Below are positions 17,276 through 25,824 of a DNA stretch of 64,000 bases, piece by piece. Position 1 is the stretch's first letter. Each line of letters starts with the position of its first letter. Made by a program: the position numbers and the translations under genes. The stretch lies in assembly GCA_044346175.1 (NCBI GenBank), contig JBIIZQ010000005.1, forward strand, positions 86,985 to 150,984, read 5' to 3'. Source of the stretch: Vampirovibrionales bacterium (lineage in GTDB: Bacteria > Cyanobacteriota > Vampirovibrionia > Vampirovibrionales > JAJTHC01). The notes under the pieces are model-generated. The model was given only the letters and a program-made list of their open reading frames with translations. It ran no database searches and was not told the origin of the DNA.

Positions 17276-18625
17276 ATGGGAAGTACCATGCGATTTTTAT
17301 GGCTACTAATGGTAGGGTTAGGATTAGGCACGCGTCGACATATCAATGTTTTAATTGCCATTCTCTCTGGTGCCATTTTAGGGATTGTAGCACCACAAGT
17401 GTCTTGGCTGATGCCTAGTGTGGCTGTGTTTGATGTTTTAGGGCAGCTCTTCATTCGTATGGTGATGATGCTCGTGATTCCTATGGTAGTGAGTGCCTTA
17501 ATAGTAGGGCTTGGTGCGATTAAGAACGAGGAGGATTTGAACCGTATTGGCGGTAAAACACTCACTTGGTTTTTAACCCTAATGACTTTAGGCAGTGTAG
17601 TAGGACTCTTTTTTGTGAGCTTGTTTAAGCCTGGTTTCAGTTTACAGGCTGATATGCAGCACCTTTTAGCGAATACCCACACGACCATGCAAACCGCTGG
17701 GGTTCAGCTTGGGCAAGCGGCTTCACTGAAAGACCTCCTCATTCATTTAATTCCTGATAACCCGATTCAGGCCTTAAGCACCATGGACATGCTCCCTGTA
17801 CTACTTTTTACCTTGGTGCTTGGTGTGGCGTGTAATCGTATTGGTGATGCGGGCAAGCCATTGGTAAGCTTTTTTGAGAGCTTGTACATGGCCACCATGA
17901 AAATTACTCACTGGGTGATGATGTTTTCTGTGATAGGGGTTTTCTCTTTAACTTTCTCAAGCGTCGCACGTTTAGGTGTTCAGGTTTTCAGTCATTTACT
18001 GCCTTTTGCCCTGACGGTACTGGTTGCCTTGGCAACACTGCTCTTGGTTATATTACCTGCTGTCCTTTACTATGGGGCAAGGGTCTCTCCTGTGAAGTTT
18101 TATCAGTCTATTTCAGAAGCTATGATGGTAGGCTTCGGTACGGCAAGCTACGGTGCGACATTGCCTATTACCATGGCATGTGCGGAACAGCGTACGGGTC
18201 TCAGCCATAAAATGGCAACCTTTGTATTACCCATTGGGGCAAATATGAAGCTCGCAACTGCCATGTTTGAGGTCATTGCCACAGTGTTTCTTGCACAAGC
18301 GATGGGGCTTTCTGTCGGGTTGTATGAAGCCGTTTTAATTACTATCCTTTCCATCGTCGCTTCCATTGCTGCACCAGGTGTGCCGAGTGCAGGGCTTGTG
18401 ACGCTTGCCATTATTACTAAAAGTTTAGGCGGCTCCTACGCTCAACTGGCAAGTGCGGTGGTACTGCTCTGGCCCATTGACCGTATTTTGGATATGCTCC
18501 GAACCATGGTCAACGTTGCAGGAGGGGTGACTGTGGCAACACTGGTGGCTTCTTCCGAGCAAGAACTTAATGAGGATGTTCTAAATCATCAAGTGCTTTG
18601 GAAAGATGATATGCTCAAAGCCTAG
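17276..18625 (+). CDS. Dicarboxylate/amino acid:cation symporter (DAACS) family transporter
   Basis: ATLPITMACAEQ, VLPIGANMKLATAMFE and AAPGVPSAGLVTL are characteristic of GltP/SstT-type carriers. GGAAAGAGG lies 10 nt upstream of the ATG. Confidence 0.8.
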   Translation: MGSTMRFLWLLMVGLGLGTRRHINVLIAILSGAILGIVAPQVSWLMPSVAVFDVLGQLFIRMVMMLVIPMVVSALIVGLGAIKNEEDLNRIGGKTLTWFLTLMTLGSVVGLFFVSLFKPGFSLQADMQHLLANTHTTMQTAGVQLGQAASLKDLLIHLIPDNPIQALSTMDMLPVLLFTLVLGVACNRIGDAGKPLVSFFESLYMATMKITHWVMMFSVIGVFSLTFSSVARLGVQVFSHLLPFALTVLVALATLLLVILPAVLYYGARVSPVKFYQSISEAMMVGFGTASYGATLPITMACAEQRTGLSHKMATFVLPIGANMKLATAMFEVIATVFLAQAMGLSVGLYEAVLITILSIVASIAAPGVPSAGLVTLAIITKSLGGSYAQLASAVVLLWPIDRILDMLRTMVNVAGGVTVATLVASSEQELNEDVLNHQVLWKDDMLKA

Positions 18626-18907
18626 AACCCTTAGTAATCCCTACCCCTTGAGTTGGAGGGGTCAGGGATTCCTTCTTTACAAAACACCAGCTCAGGCAAA
18701 GGCGTATTTAACTAAAAATAAAGATGCTGTCTGTCGTATTGTGAATGAAGTGGCAGGGTATGTTCGTTCAGTTAATCCTGGGTTAAATACAACCAGTTTG
18801 AGTGCTGTTGTAGTTGAGAATCAACGTAATGGAAGTAGTAAAATCCATACCACGACAAGCTACCCGATAAAATAGGCATTTTGGGCAAATATCAAAAGGC
18901 AAGTATC

Positions 18908-18943
18908 AAAAAGAGTACCCCTCAAAGTAGGGGTACTCTTTTT
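18908..18943. terminator. Bidirectional intrinsic terminator between the convergent symporter and prs genes
   Basis: AAAAAGAGTACCCCT-CAAAGT-AGGGGTACTCTTTTT. Confidence 0.75.
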
Positions 18944-18983
18944 ATTAGCGTTTAAAAGGTTAACGTCATTCGTGATGCGGTGT

Positions 18984-19988
18984 TTATAAAAACATCTCGC
19001 TGACAGACTGGGCACCTTGAATACGTGCAATGGCTTCTCCGAGTAAAGGTGCTATCGACACTTGTACAATTTTGGAAACCGCTTTGGCTTCCTCTTTTAA
19101 AGGAATACTATCTGTGACGATGACCTCTCGAATGCCTGAGTTTGCCAAGCGTTCTACAGCAGGACCAGAGAATACAGGGTGAGTGGCAAGTACATCTACT
19201 GAGGCTGCCCCTTCGTTTAAAAGCATTTCTGCTGCTGCAACAATGGTACCAGCGGTATCAATCATGTCGTCAATCAGAACGGCATTTTTACCCTTGACGC
19301 TTCCAATCAAGTGGAATACTTCTGAAACATTATGTGCACTTCTACGTTTATCCACAATGGCAATAGGTGCGTTGATACGCTTTGCAAAACGTCTTGCACG
19401 CTCCACACCTCCAGCATCAGGAGAAACAATAATGGGGTCGGCTAGTTGTTTTTTTTCAATGTAGTGTAGTAATACGGGGGCGGCTTGTAAGTGGTCTGTG
19501 AGGATATTGAAAAACCCTTGAAGTTGTCCTGTGTGGAGATCCATGGCAAGTACACGGGTCGCCCCTGCGGTTGAAATAAGGTCAGCTACAAGCTTTGCAG
19601 AAATAGGCTCACGACCACTATTTTTTCGGTCTTGACGTGCATAACCATAATAGGGTATGACGGCCGTAATTTCAGCAGCACTGGCACGTTTCAGGGCATC
19701 TAAAATGAGGAGTAACTCCATCAGGTTTTCATTCACGTTGTGACAGGTAGGCTGCACCACAAAAACATGGTCGCCTCTAACGCTTTCTTGGATTTGCACG
19801 TAGCTTTCGCCATCGCTAAAATTTTTGCTTACCATGGGACTTACTTGAATCCCAAGATATTCTGCAACTTGGTGTGCTAATTCAGGGTTTGCACGCCCAG
19901 TAAATAATTTGACACAGCTTTCAGTTTGGTAACAACCAGCCATATTGAATTGAGGAAGAGCCATTTCTACGACCATCATGACGTTCAC
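18984..19988 (-). CDS. prs: Ribose-phosphate pyrophosphokinase
   Basis: KLFTGRANPELAHQVAEYLG, YYGYARQDRK and LIDDMIDTAGT (PRPP-binding loop). The start is ambiguous: GTG 19988, ATGATG 19979 or ATG 19964. Confidence 0.9.
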   Translation of the reverse strand: MNVMMVVEMALPQFNMAGCYQTESCVKLFTGRANPELAHQVAEYLGIQVSPMVSKNFSDGESYVQIQESVRGDHVFVVQPTCHNVNENLMELLLILDALKRASAAEITAVIPYYGYARQDRKNSGREPISAKLVADLISTAGATRVLAMDLHTGQLQGFFNILTDHLQAAPVLLHYIEKKQLADPIIVSPDAGGVERARRFAKRINAPIAIVDKRRSAHNVSEVFHLIGSVKGKNAVLIDDMIDTAGTIVAAAEMLLNEGAASVDVLATHPVFSGPAVERLANSGIREVIVTDSIPLKEEAKAVSKIVQVSIAPLLGEAIARIQGAQSVSEMFL

Positions 19989-20246
19989 AAAACTCCTGAA
20001 GCCTCACTGGCTAGCGAGAACTCCCTAAATTAGTGTAAGAAATTAGAAGGGGTACACAAACGTATAGAGAAACCAGAGATTTACTCGATGGACATAGCGT
20101 TACCATCAAAGCAATACAAGTATAAGGACAAAACCGTGAAAGCACTTTTTTTGAACCCATTTTTCTAGGGTGCTTACAGTGTAGTTTAATCCTTTCATTA
20201 TCCTATCATGGTCATAGGATTGCTTCAAATGATATGTTGAATGCTT

Positions 20247-21455
20247 TTAAGAACAAAAGTTGACAACTCTGTTTTCGGTCAACTTGTTTTTGATAGTTAG
20301 GTCATAAGCATCCAACACTAAAATTTCTTTAAATGGATATGGCGTTTCGAATATAAAGCTCTCTTCAAAATGATGGGTTTTTATGACAATCATTACTTCA
20401 TATTTCTTGTTTTTACATGCGGAAATCAATTTATTTTTTGCCTGATGTAAAGTTTCATCATCCTTTTGGATTTTTATAGGGACGGGTTTTGAATTGTAAT
20501 GAGTTTTCAGAAAACCATCAATGCCAGCATTCCTATAAACTGGTAAGGCATCAATGCTATTTAATATCGCTAACTCTTTCTTGGATTTACTTTGATAACT
20601 TTCCCTGCCTTTTTTTAATAGTTTTGATTCTGTGATGACTAGCTCATCAAGCCTTTTGCTTGAGAGGTTAATGGCTTCAGCTGAAATATCTATACCTATA
20701 AACTTTCTATTCAAAAGTTTAGATGCAACAAGCGTTGTACCACTGCCACAAAAGGGGTCTAATATCGTATCACCTTCGTCTGAGGCGATTTTAATAATTT
20801 GTTGCAGAAGTAAAACTGGTTTTTGAGTGGGGTATCCCACTCTTTCATTTGCTTTTGGATTTAAAAAAGGAATTTCCCATACGTCTGAAAGAGGAACACC
20901 CTTTTTTTCTTTACCCCATATGATATTTCCAGAATCATCTTTCTTATAGGCAGATTTTCCATGATTATTTCTTTTTCGCTCTTGCAAAATCTGGTCTAGG
21001 TTTGTTGTTTCTGAGTATTCTGTATACAAAGTGTTGAATTTAAAGTTCTCAGATTTGCTATAAAAATAAATATTCTGATGACTGTTTAATAAGCCTTTTT
21101 TTGAATTAGACCATCTTTTATAGCTCCAGATAATCTCACTTTGAAAACGAGTTACACCAAAAACGTTATCTAATAAGATTCTTAAGTGATGAGACGCATA
21201 TTTATCACAGTGTAAAAAAATACTACCCGTCTCTTTTAGAACTCTTTTACACTCAATTAAACTTATTTTAATGAAATGAACATATTCATCTATTGATGAC
21301 CAAGTATCATCAAAGGAATAGCTTTTTAAATCATCCCGAGTCTTTAATGTATGAGTTTTTTGTGTGAAAAATGGTGGGTCTAAATAAATAAGGTCAACGG
21401 AGTTACTGTCTAATCCTTTTAATTGATGGGTGCAGTCACCTAATATGAGAGTCAT
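20247..21455 (-). CDS. Beta-class N6-adenine or N4-cytosine DNA methyltransferase (402 aa) with an unassigned ~130-aa C-terminal extension
   Basis: Motif IV LIYLDPPFF near the N-terminus precedes motif I DPFCGSGTT (beta-class order). The gene is strongly AT-rich relative to its flanks. Confidence 0.85.
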   Translation of the reverse strand: MTLILGDCTHQLKGLDSNSVDLIYLDPPFFTQKTHTLKTRDDLKSYSFDDTWSSIDEYVHFIKISLIECKRVLKETGSIFLHCDKYASHHLRILLDNVFGVTRFQSEIIWSYKRWSNSKKGLLNSHQNIYFYSKSENFKFNTLYTEYSETTNLDQILQERKRNNHGKSAYKKDDSGNIIWGKEKKGVPLSDVWEIPFLNPKANERVGYPTQKPVLLLQQIIKIASDEGDTILDPFCGSGTTLVASKLLNRKFIGIDISAEAINLSSKRLDELVITESKLLKKGRESYQSKSKKELAILNSIDALPVYRNAGIDGFLKTHYNSKPVPIKIQKDDETLHQAKNKLISACKNKKYEVMIVIKTHHFEESFIFETPYPFKEILVLDAYDLTIKNKLTENRVVNFCS

Positions 21456-22333
21456 TTGGAAGTTTCGTTTCTACTAGGCTGCTCTTTTGCAATATTGATT
21501 AAAATTTGTTTCAGGTTGATTCCTGTATAGATTTTGATTTGCTCCCAAGCTTCATCACCCGCATAGTAAAGCCCGCCGACACCTCTGTAAATCGTTTTTA
21601 AGGCATCCTGAATACGTATTGCTTGTATCCTATTGGGGTAATAAAACATAATTCTTATAGGCTTATAGCCATGGCTTTTTATCGCTTGTACTCTTGTGTG
21701 TTCTTTGGTTATATGGTCACCGTCAGTTGTTGCATCTTTCCATTTGATTTCAAAGGCATCCTTTCCAATTAAACAATCAATTTCAAAGGTTTTTGGTTTG
21801 AAACCAAGCTTGTTTTCGACTTTTACTTTCTCTTTTGAGTCACTATACTTCTCTCTAAAGCAAAGTAACGTTGCCTCTTCTAAGAAAGAACCTGCATATT
21901 TGTACAAAAATCTGCCTTTGTTTTGATAGAGGTCTATTAACTCACCTTCTTTCACTGAGATGCCTAAAACTTGATAAATGAGGTAGTGTGATACATCGTC
22001 ATTTTTCATTTCGTCAATACGTAGCTTGATTTTAGTATCAAGTTTTTTTGAGTACTCATTAGCGAGGCGTGTTATCTTCTCTTCGATGCCAACCATTTCT
22101 AACGTTACTTTCTTCTTTATTTTAAGATGGAGCTTTTCTGTAGGAAAATAAGAAGCCATATTTACAGTGTCGAAGCACTTAAAATCTTTGCTATTATAGC
22201 ACAAGCATTTTTCAGAACTTACTATACATAAACTCCTTTCGATCTGAAGTACATGTTTTATAGGGTAGTTTTCTAAAAACATCTTTTCACGAATGATGTG
22301 AGGTGTCTTAAGGGGTTCCAAGGTATTTGTCAT
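21452..22333 (-). CDS. Putative type II restriction endonuclease (PD-(D/E)xK-like)
   Basis: Its stop overlaps the methyltransferase start (ATGA-type 4-nt overlap). FEIDCLIGKDAFEIKWKD fits a D...E-x-K core. AT-rich. The start could be 22333 or the ATG at 22282. Confidence 0.6.
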   Translation of the reverse strand: MTNTLEPLKTPHIIREKMFLENYPIKHVLQIERSLCIVSSEKCLCYNSKDFKCFDTVNMASYFPTEKLHLKIKKKVTLEMVGIEEKITRLANEYSKKLDTKIKLRIDEMKNDDVSHYLIYQVLGISVKEGELIDLYQNKGRFLYKYAGSFLEEATLLCFREKYSDSKEKVKVENKLGFKPKTFEIDCLIGKDAFEIKWKDATTDGDHITKEHTRVQAIKSHGYKPIRIMFYYPNRIQAIRIQDALKTIYRGVGGLYYAGDEAWEQIKIYTGINLKQILINIAKEQPSRNETSK

Positions 22334-22637
22334 GGTTTGCCCCTGGGATTTTTACCACGGCATTCACACTGTCTTCTAGGGCGATGAAGTCTGTGGCTTC
22401 ATAGGGTGCCATGACAATAATGTCGCCTGCTGTATAGATGCTCCCATTCATCTGCACGCTTCCTGATACCACGACCGTAATTTCTGTGGCAAGTTTATGA
22501 TAGTGCATCTCTTCGGAGTCTCCTTTTTTGTAGTGCTTTACAGCAACCTCTACAGCATTGGTTTTGTGCAGTGTAGGTTCAAAGTTTCCTACAAACCATC
22601 CTTTAACCATATCTTGGAGTTTGGCAGTGTAAATCAT
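22308..22637 (-). CDS. Small cupin-fold protein (109 aa)
   Basis: From the internal ATG at 22637. EEMHYHKLATEITVVVSGSVQMNG resembles the cupin metal/beta-barrel motif. GC is normal, unlike the adjacent R-M genes. Confidence 0.55.
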   Translation of the reverse strand: MIYTAKLQDMVKGWFVGNFEPTLHKTNAVEVAVKHYKKGDSEEMHYHKLATEITVVVSGSVQMNGSIYTAGDIIVMAPYEATDFIALEDSVNAVVKIPGANHDKYLGTP

Positions 22638-22855
22638 GAAAAAAACAGACGCTTTCACTGATAGAAGTAAGACGCACAAAAAGCTAGACGCATGCTCACA
22701 GAAGCACATGAAGCGATGCGATATTTAGGAGATGACAAGACTTTCTTTATCGCACAAAAGTGAAGCCTTAGCAGTATAATACTTTTAGAGTCATTCTTTA
22801 AGGTACGCCATAGGATAATTTGCGTTAAACTTGCGAGTCACGGCACACTTCCCCC

Positions 22856-23488
22856 ATGCTGACAACTTTCACCTCTCCTGATAAGTCTTCTCTTCAAGTG
22901 CCTAGCACTGTGAAGTCGACGCTTCACGGTACTACTTCTTCTCTGGGTGCCTTTCCTGTGGGTTCTTCATGGCGTAAGCGTCGCCATGTCCTGATAAGGC
23001 GTTACCTTAGGCAGTCATTACCGCATGCCCAATTCTATCGGTTCAAACATTTTTGGCAGCGTAAAACTCCTTCTGAGGGTCTTTCACAGTCGTTTCCGCC
23101 ATTGCGAAACGAGGCGACTTTTCATGTCCTACAAGCCCAAAGTTTCTGGCAAAGCGTGGGGTTTGCCTTAGAGGGCTTACGCTTTGTTTATGAAACCCAG
23201 CGGAATGTCCGTATTGATTGTGCCATTGTGCTTATCACTTGTGTGTTAGGGGTTATGGTCTCTTTAAGTGCAACACAGTGGGTGGTATTGTTGGTGTCTC
23301 AGGGGATGCTCTTAATGGCGGAAGTTCTGAACACGCTTTTGGAATGGTGGATAGACTGGCAAACGAAAGGTCAATGGGACCTCCGAGCTAAACGCCTTAA
23401 AGATGTCTCTGCTGGGCTTTGTCTGCTTAATGCCTGTGTGGTTGGTCTGGTAATGCTGAGTGTTTTTATGAGTAAGGTTGCTTCGTGA
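22856..23488 (+). CDS. DgkA-family lipid kinase (diacylglycerol/undecaprenol kinase-like) with an ~85-aa N-terminal extension
   Basis: The C-terminal ~120 aa align by eye with prokaryotic DAGK: FALEGLRFVYETQRNVRID, three TM helices, MAEVLNTLLEWWID and KDVSAGLCLL. Confidence 0.75.
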   Translation: MLTTFTSPDKSSLQVPSTVKSTLHGTTSSLGAFPVGSSWRKRRHVLIRRYLRQSLPHAQFYRFKHFWQRKTPSEGLSQSFPPLRNEATFHVLQAQSFWQSVGFALEGLRFVYETQRNVRIDCAIVLITCVLGVMVSLSATQWVVLLVSQGMLLMAEVLNTLLEWWIDWQTKGQWDLRAKRLKDVSAGLCLLNACVVGLVMLSVFMSKVAS

Positions 23489-23836
23489 GACAAGCTATGA
23501 TGCAGGGTGGTTCGAGCGTCCGAACCTACTGGGTAAAGTCTTTCGCCTTCTAAGCCATTTGATGTAAATAATCCATTAAGCTTTAAAAAACAATCCTTGG
23601 GTGTCGATACCCATAATGTGAGTGCGTTGCCTAACACGCAAGTGAATCCTTGAGTCTCTTGCAAAAGTACCAAGACATTTAGGATGGTCTTCGGATAGCG
23701 TACCCATTGTGTAAATATTTGTTACAAGTTCAGAAAAGCCCTCATCAAAGCGATGTGTCTTTGCTTTAATGCTAATAGGGATACGTTGCAAGGTTCTTAG
23801 TAGGGTTCTTACCTGTTGCCTTCTGAAAGTATACCC

Positions 23837-23866
23837 AAAAAAAAGGATGAATCTATCAATTCATCC
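23837..23866 (-). terminator. Intrinsic terminator (minus strand), about 230 nt beyond the stop of 24098-24427
   Basis: On the minus strand: GGATGAAT-TGATAG-ATTCATCC followed by TTTTTTTT. Confidence 0.65.
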
Positions 23867-23996
23867 CCCCTGATAAAAAAGCTTTTAACCTAGTGTTGTG
23901 TGTTTTGTAGACAAGCCTCTTCATACAGTAAGCATGTCTCACAACCCATAGGGTGGATTATTTAAGTTTCTCTTCTCTCTCTTTCTCTTCAGACAG

Positions 23997-24023
23997 CCTC
24001 TCTTTCCAGAGAGGTTTTTTTTT
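23997..24023 (+). terminator. Intrinsic terminator (plus strand) with no annotated gene feeding it
   Basis: CCTCTCT-TTCC-AGAGAGG followed by nine T. The nearest plus-strand stop is 23488, about 500 nt upstream. Confidence 0.65.
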
Positions 24024-24097
24024 CTTTAAACGACCTGTACGGCAAAACAAAAGAGACGCTATCAGCCACTTTTGTGAGTAGACGAGTACGTAGGGCG

Positions 24098-24427
24098 TTA
24101 GGCGATATATTTCATGGCCATTTCGGCTGCTTTATCTTGTACTTTTTTTACAGTTTCAACTTCATCTGAGACAAGCTTTTGTTGTAACTGCATACGTGTG
24201 GATTGTAATTCTAGGGATTTATCCAACGCCTGAATGGCAGTGACTTTGGCAACCCACTCCTGCATTTGAGGGGAGTCGGGTTCCAAGTTCGCAGCAATAC
24301 TTTGCAATACTAATAGGACGTTACTGAGTTGTTGCCTTGATTGGGCAATGATTTGAAGTTGCAGCTCTAAGTCAGACTTTCGAGCCACGAGCATGAGTAA
24401 TCGTGCGTGTGATGCTGCTAAACCCAT
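24098..24427 (-). CDS. Small (109 aa) two-helix hairpin protein, paralog of 8523-8858
   Basis: ATG at 24427 with GGAGGG 11 nt upstream (the ORF-track GTG at 24439 is less likely). MGLAASHARLL..., central EPDSP turn, C-terminal EVETVKKVQDKA. 49/109 identities with the 8.5-kb copy. Confidence 0.65.
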   Translation of the reverse strand: MGLAASHARLLMLVARKSDLELQLQIIAQSRQQLSNVLLVLQSIAANLEPDSPQMQEWVAKVTAIQALDKSLELQSTRMQLQQKLVSDEVETVKKVQDKAAEMAMKYIA

Positions 24428-25155
24428 ACGATGGCTCACCCTCCGTGAAATAAAATCTTATATGCTCAATCAACACCGAGTATCACAAAGTCCAAATAGT
24501 ACATACACCCGAAGGTGTCTTTTTACCCCTATAGGGTTCTGCCGAACAAACCCATGCTTAAGTTCTTTCATGGCGATGCCCTTTGCCTACGCAACGGGAG
24601 TACCGCAGAGGTACCTACGCAAAGCAACTTAAGGGAATAGTCAGTCCGGCAGAGTTAAAACCCAGATGGATGTCACTCACAACAGAACTACCACGTGGAT
24701 ATCATTTGAAAGTACGTGACAGTTCAAAGGCAGGGTAGAAGAAGGTCAAGACGTAAAATCGTCCAGAACACATGGTTGCTGCCGTTACACATACGAAACA
24801 CTCACATCACTCAAGGCATACAACGTTTCCACCCGATAGGTTACACCCATGTATTAGAGGAAAAACCTACCCTTGCTTACCAACATTTTTACATCGTAAA
24901 GTATCCTATCACCACAAACAGCCAACACACAGGATAGCGACCATATAAAAACAAGGCAATCGTTAGGTACCAAGGTATCACCACACCAAACAACACACGA
25001 CCTTGAGACCATACCGAGGGTATGCAAACTTACTCTAAAACATCAGTGTTACACAAACCTTCATACTCAAGTATTCGTCTGTTTAACGGAGAGCTTAACC
25101 CTATGTAAAGGTGGCTTTAGAGGGTTGTTACATTGTTTTATTGAGCTTAATAGGG

Positions 25156-25767
25156 CTAGGAAACGGGCAAGCGTCCTTGAAAAGACCTACTAAGTGTCAG
25201 GTGGTCTGCATAGTCAAGGTCTCCCCCAACAGGTAGCCCAAAGGCAATGCGTGTCACTTGTAAAGCTGGATAGTGCTGTTTTATAAGCCGGGCTAAGTAC
25301 AGGCAAGTGGTATCGCCTTCTGTAGAAGGCGGTAAGGCAAGAATCACCTCTTGGAGCTGTGCTTCTATCCCTTTGATACGCTCAAGTAAGGGGATAATGG
25401 TGAGACGCTCAGGGGTGAGTCCTTCCAGTGGAGAAATGAGTCCTCCTAAGACATGGAATTTCCCTGAGAATGGGTCAGCCCGTTCAATGGCATGAATATG
25501 AGGCACCTCCGCTACAATACAAAGGCGGGTGTCTTGTCGGTCGGGGTCGGTACAAATTTCGCAAGGACTTGTGTCCGACCAGTTAAAACATACGGGGCAT
25601 GGGTGTATTTTGTCTTTTGCTTCTTCTAGGGCTTGCGCAAAGGCATGTACCCAAGATGTGGACTGTTTCAGGGTATGAAACGCAAGCCTTTGTGCGGTTT
25701 TAGGACCAATGGAGGGTAGTTTTTGATAGGCTTCAATGAGGGTTTGGAGGGCAGGTGCAAAAGTCAT
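25156..25767 (-). CDS. recR: Recombination protein RecR
   Basis: From the ATG at 25767: HhH LPSIGPKTAQRLAFH, zinc finger CPVCFNWSDTSPCEIC, Toprim region LCIVAEVPHIHAIE. Confidence 0.9.
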   Translation of the reverse strand: MTFAPALQTLIEAYQKLPSIGPKTAQRLAFHTLKQSTSWVHAFAQALEEAKDKIHPCPVCFNWSDTSPCEICTDPDRQDTRLCIVAEVPHIHAIERADPFSGKFHVLGGLISPLEGLTPERLTIIPLLERIKGIEAQLQEVILALPPSTEGDTTCLYLARLIKQHYPALQVTRIAFGLPVGGDLDYADHLTLSRSFQGRLPVS

Positions 25768-25824
25768 GAGTGTGAAGTTTGAGGGGAGTCCCCTCCTGAG
25801 CATAGTTTCAAGAAAAATGACAGG

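Noticed and set aside
18606-18875. 89-aa plus-strand ORF overlapping the symporter stop
   Set aside because: It fits the 280-nt gap before the terminator, but it has no RBS or recognisable motif and starts inside the upstream gene. There is not enough support to call it a gene.
20000-22400. Integrase, transposase or direct-repeat boundaries for the R-M island
   Set aside because: I looked on both flanks for mobility genes, tRNA-adjacent att-like duplications or inverted repeats and found none. The island call rests on composition and gene content only.
24640-24705. RNase P / SRP RNA-like fragments (AGTCAGTCCGGCAGAG and ACAGAAC)
   Set aside because: They only partly resemble the GAAAGUCCGG / ACAGAACCCGGCUUA and GUCAGGUCCGGAAGG consensus. 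The two pieces are about 45 nt apart instead of about 300 nt. There is no GGAA tetraloop or matching helices on either strand.
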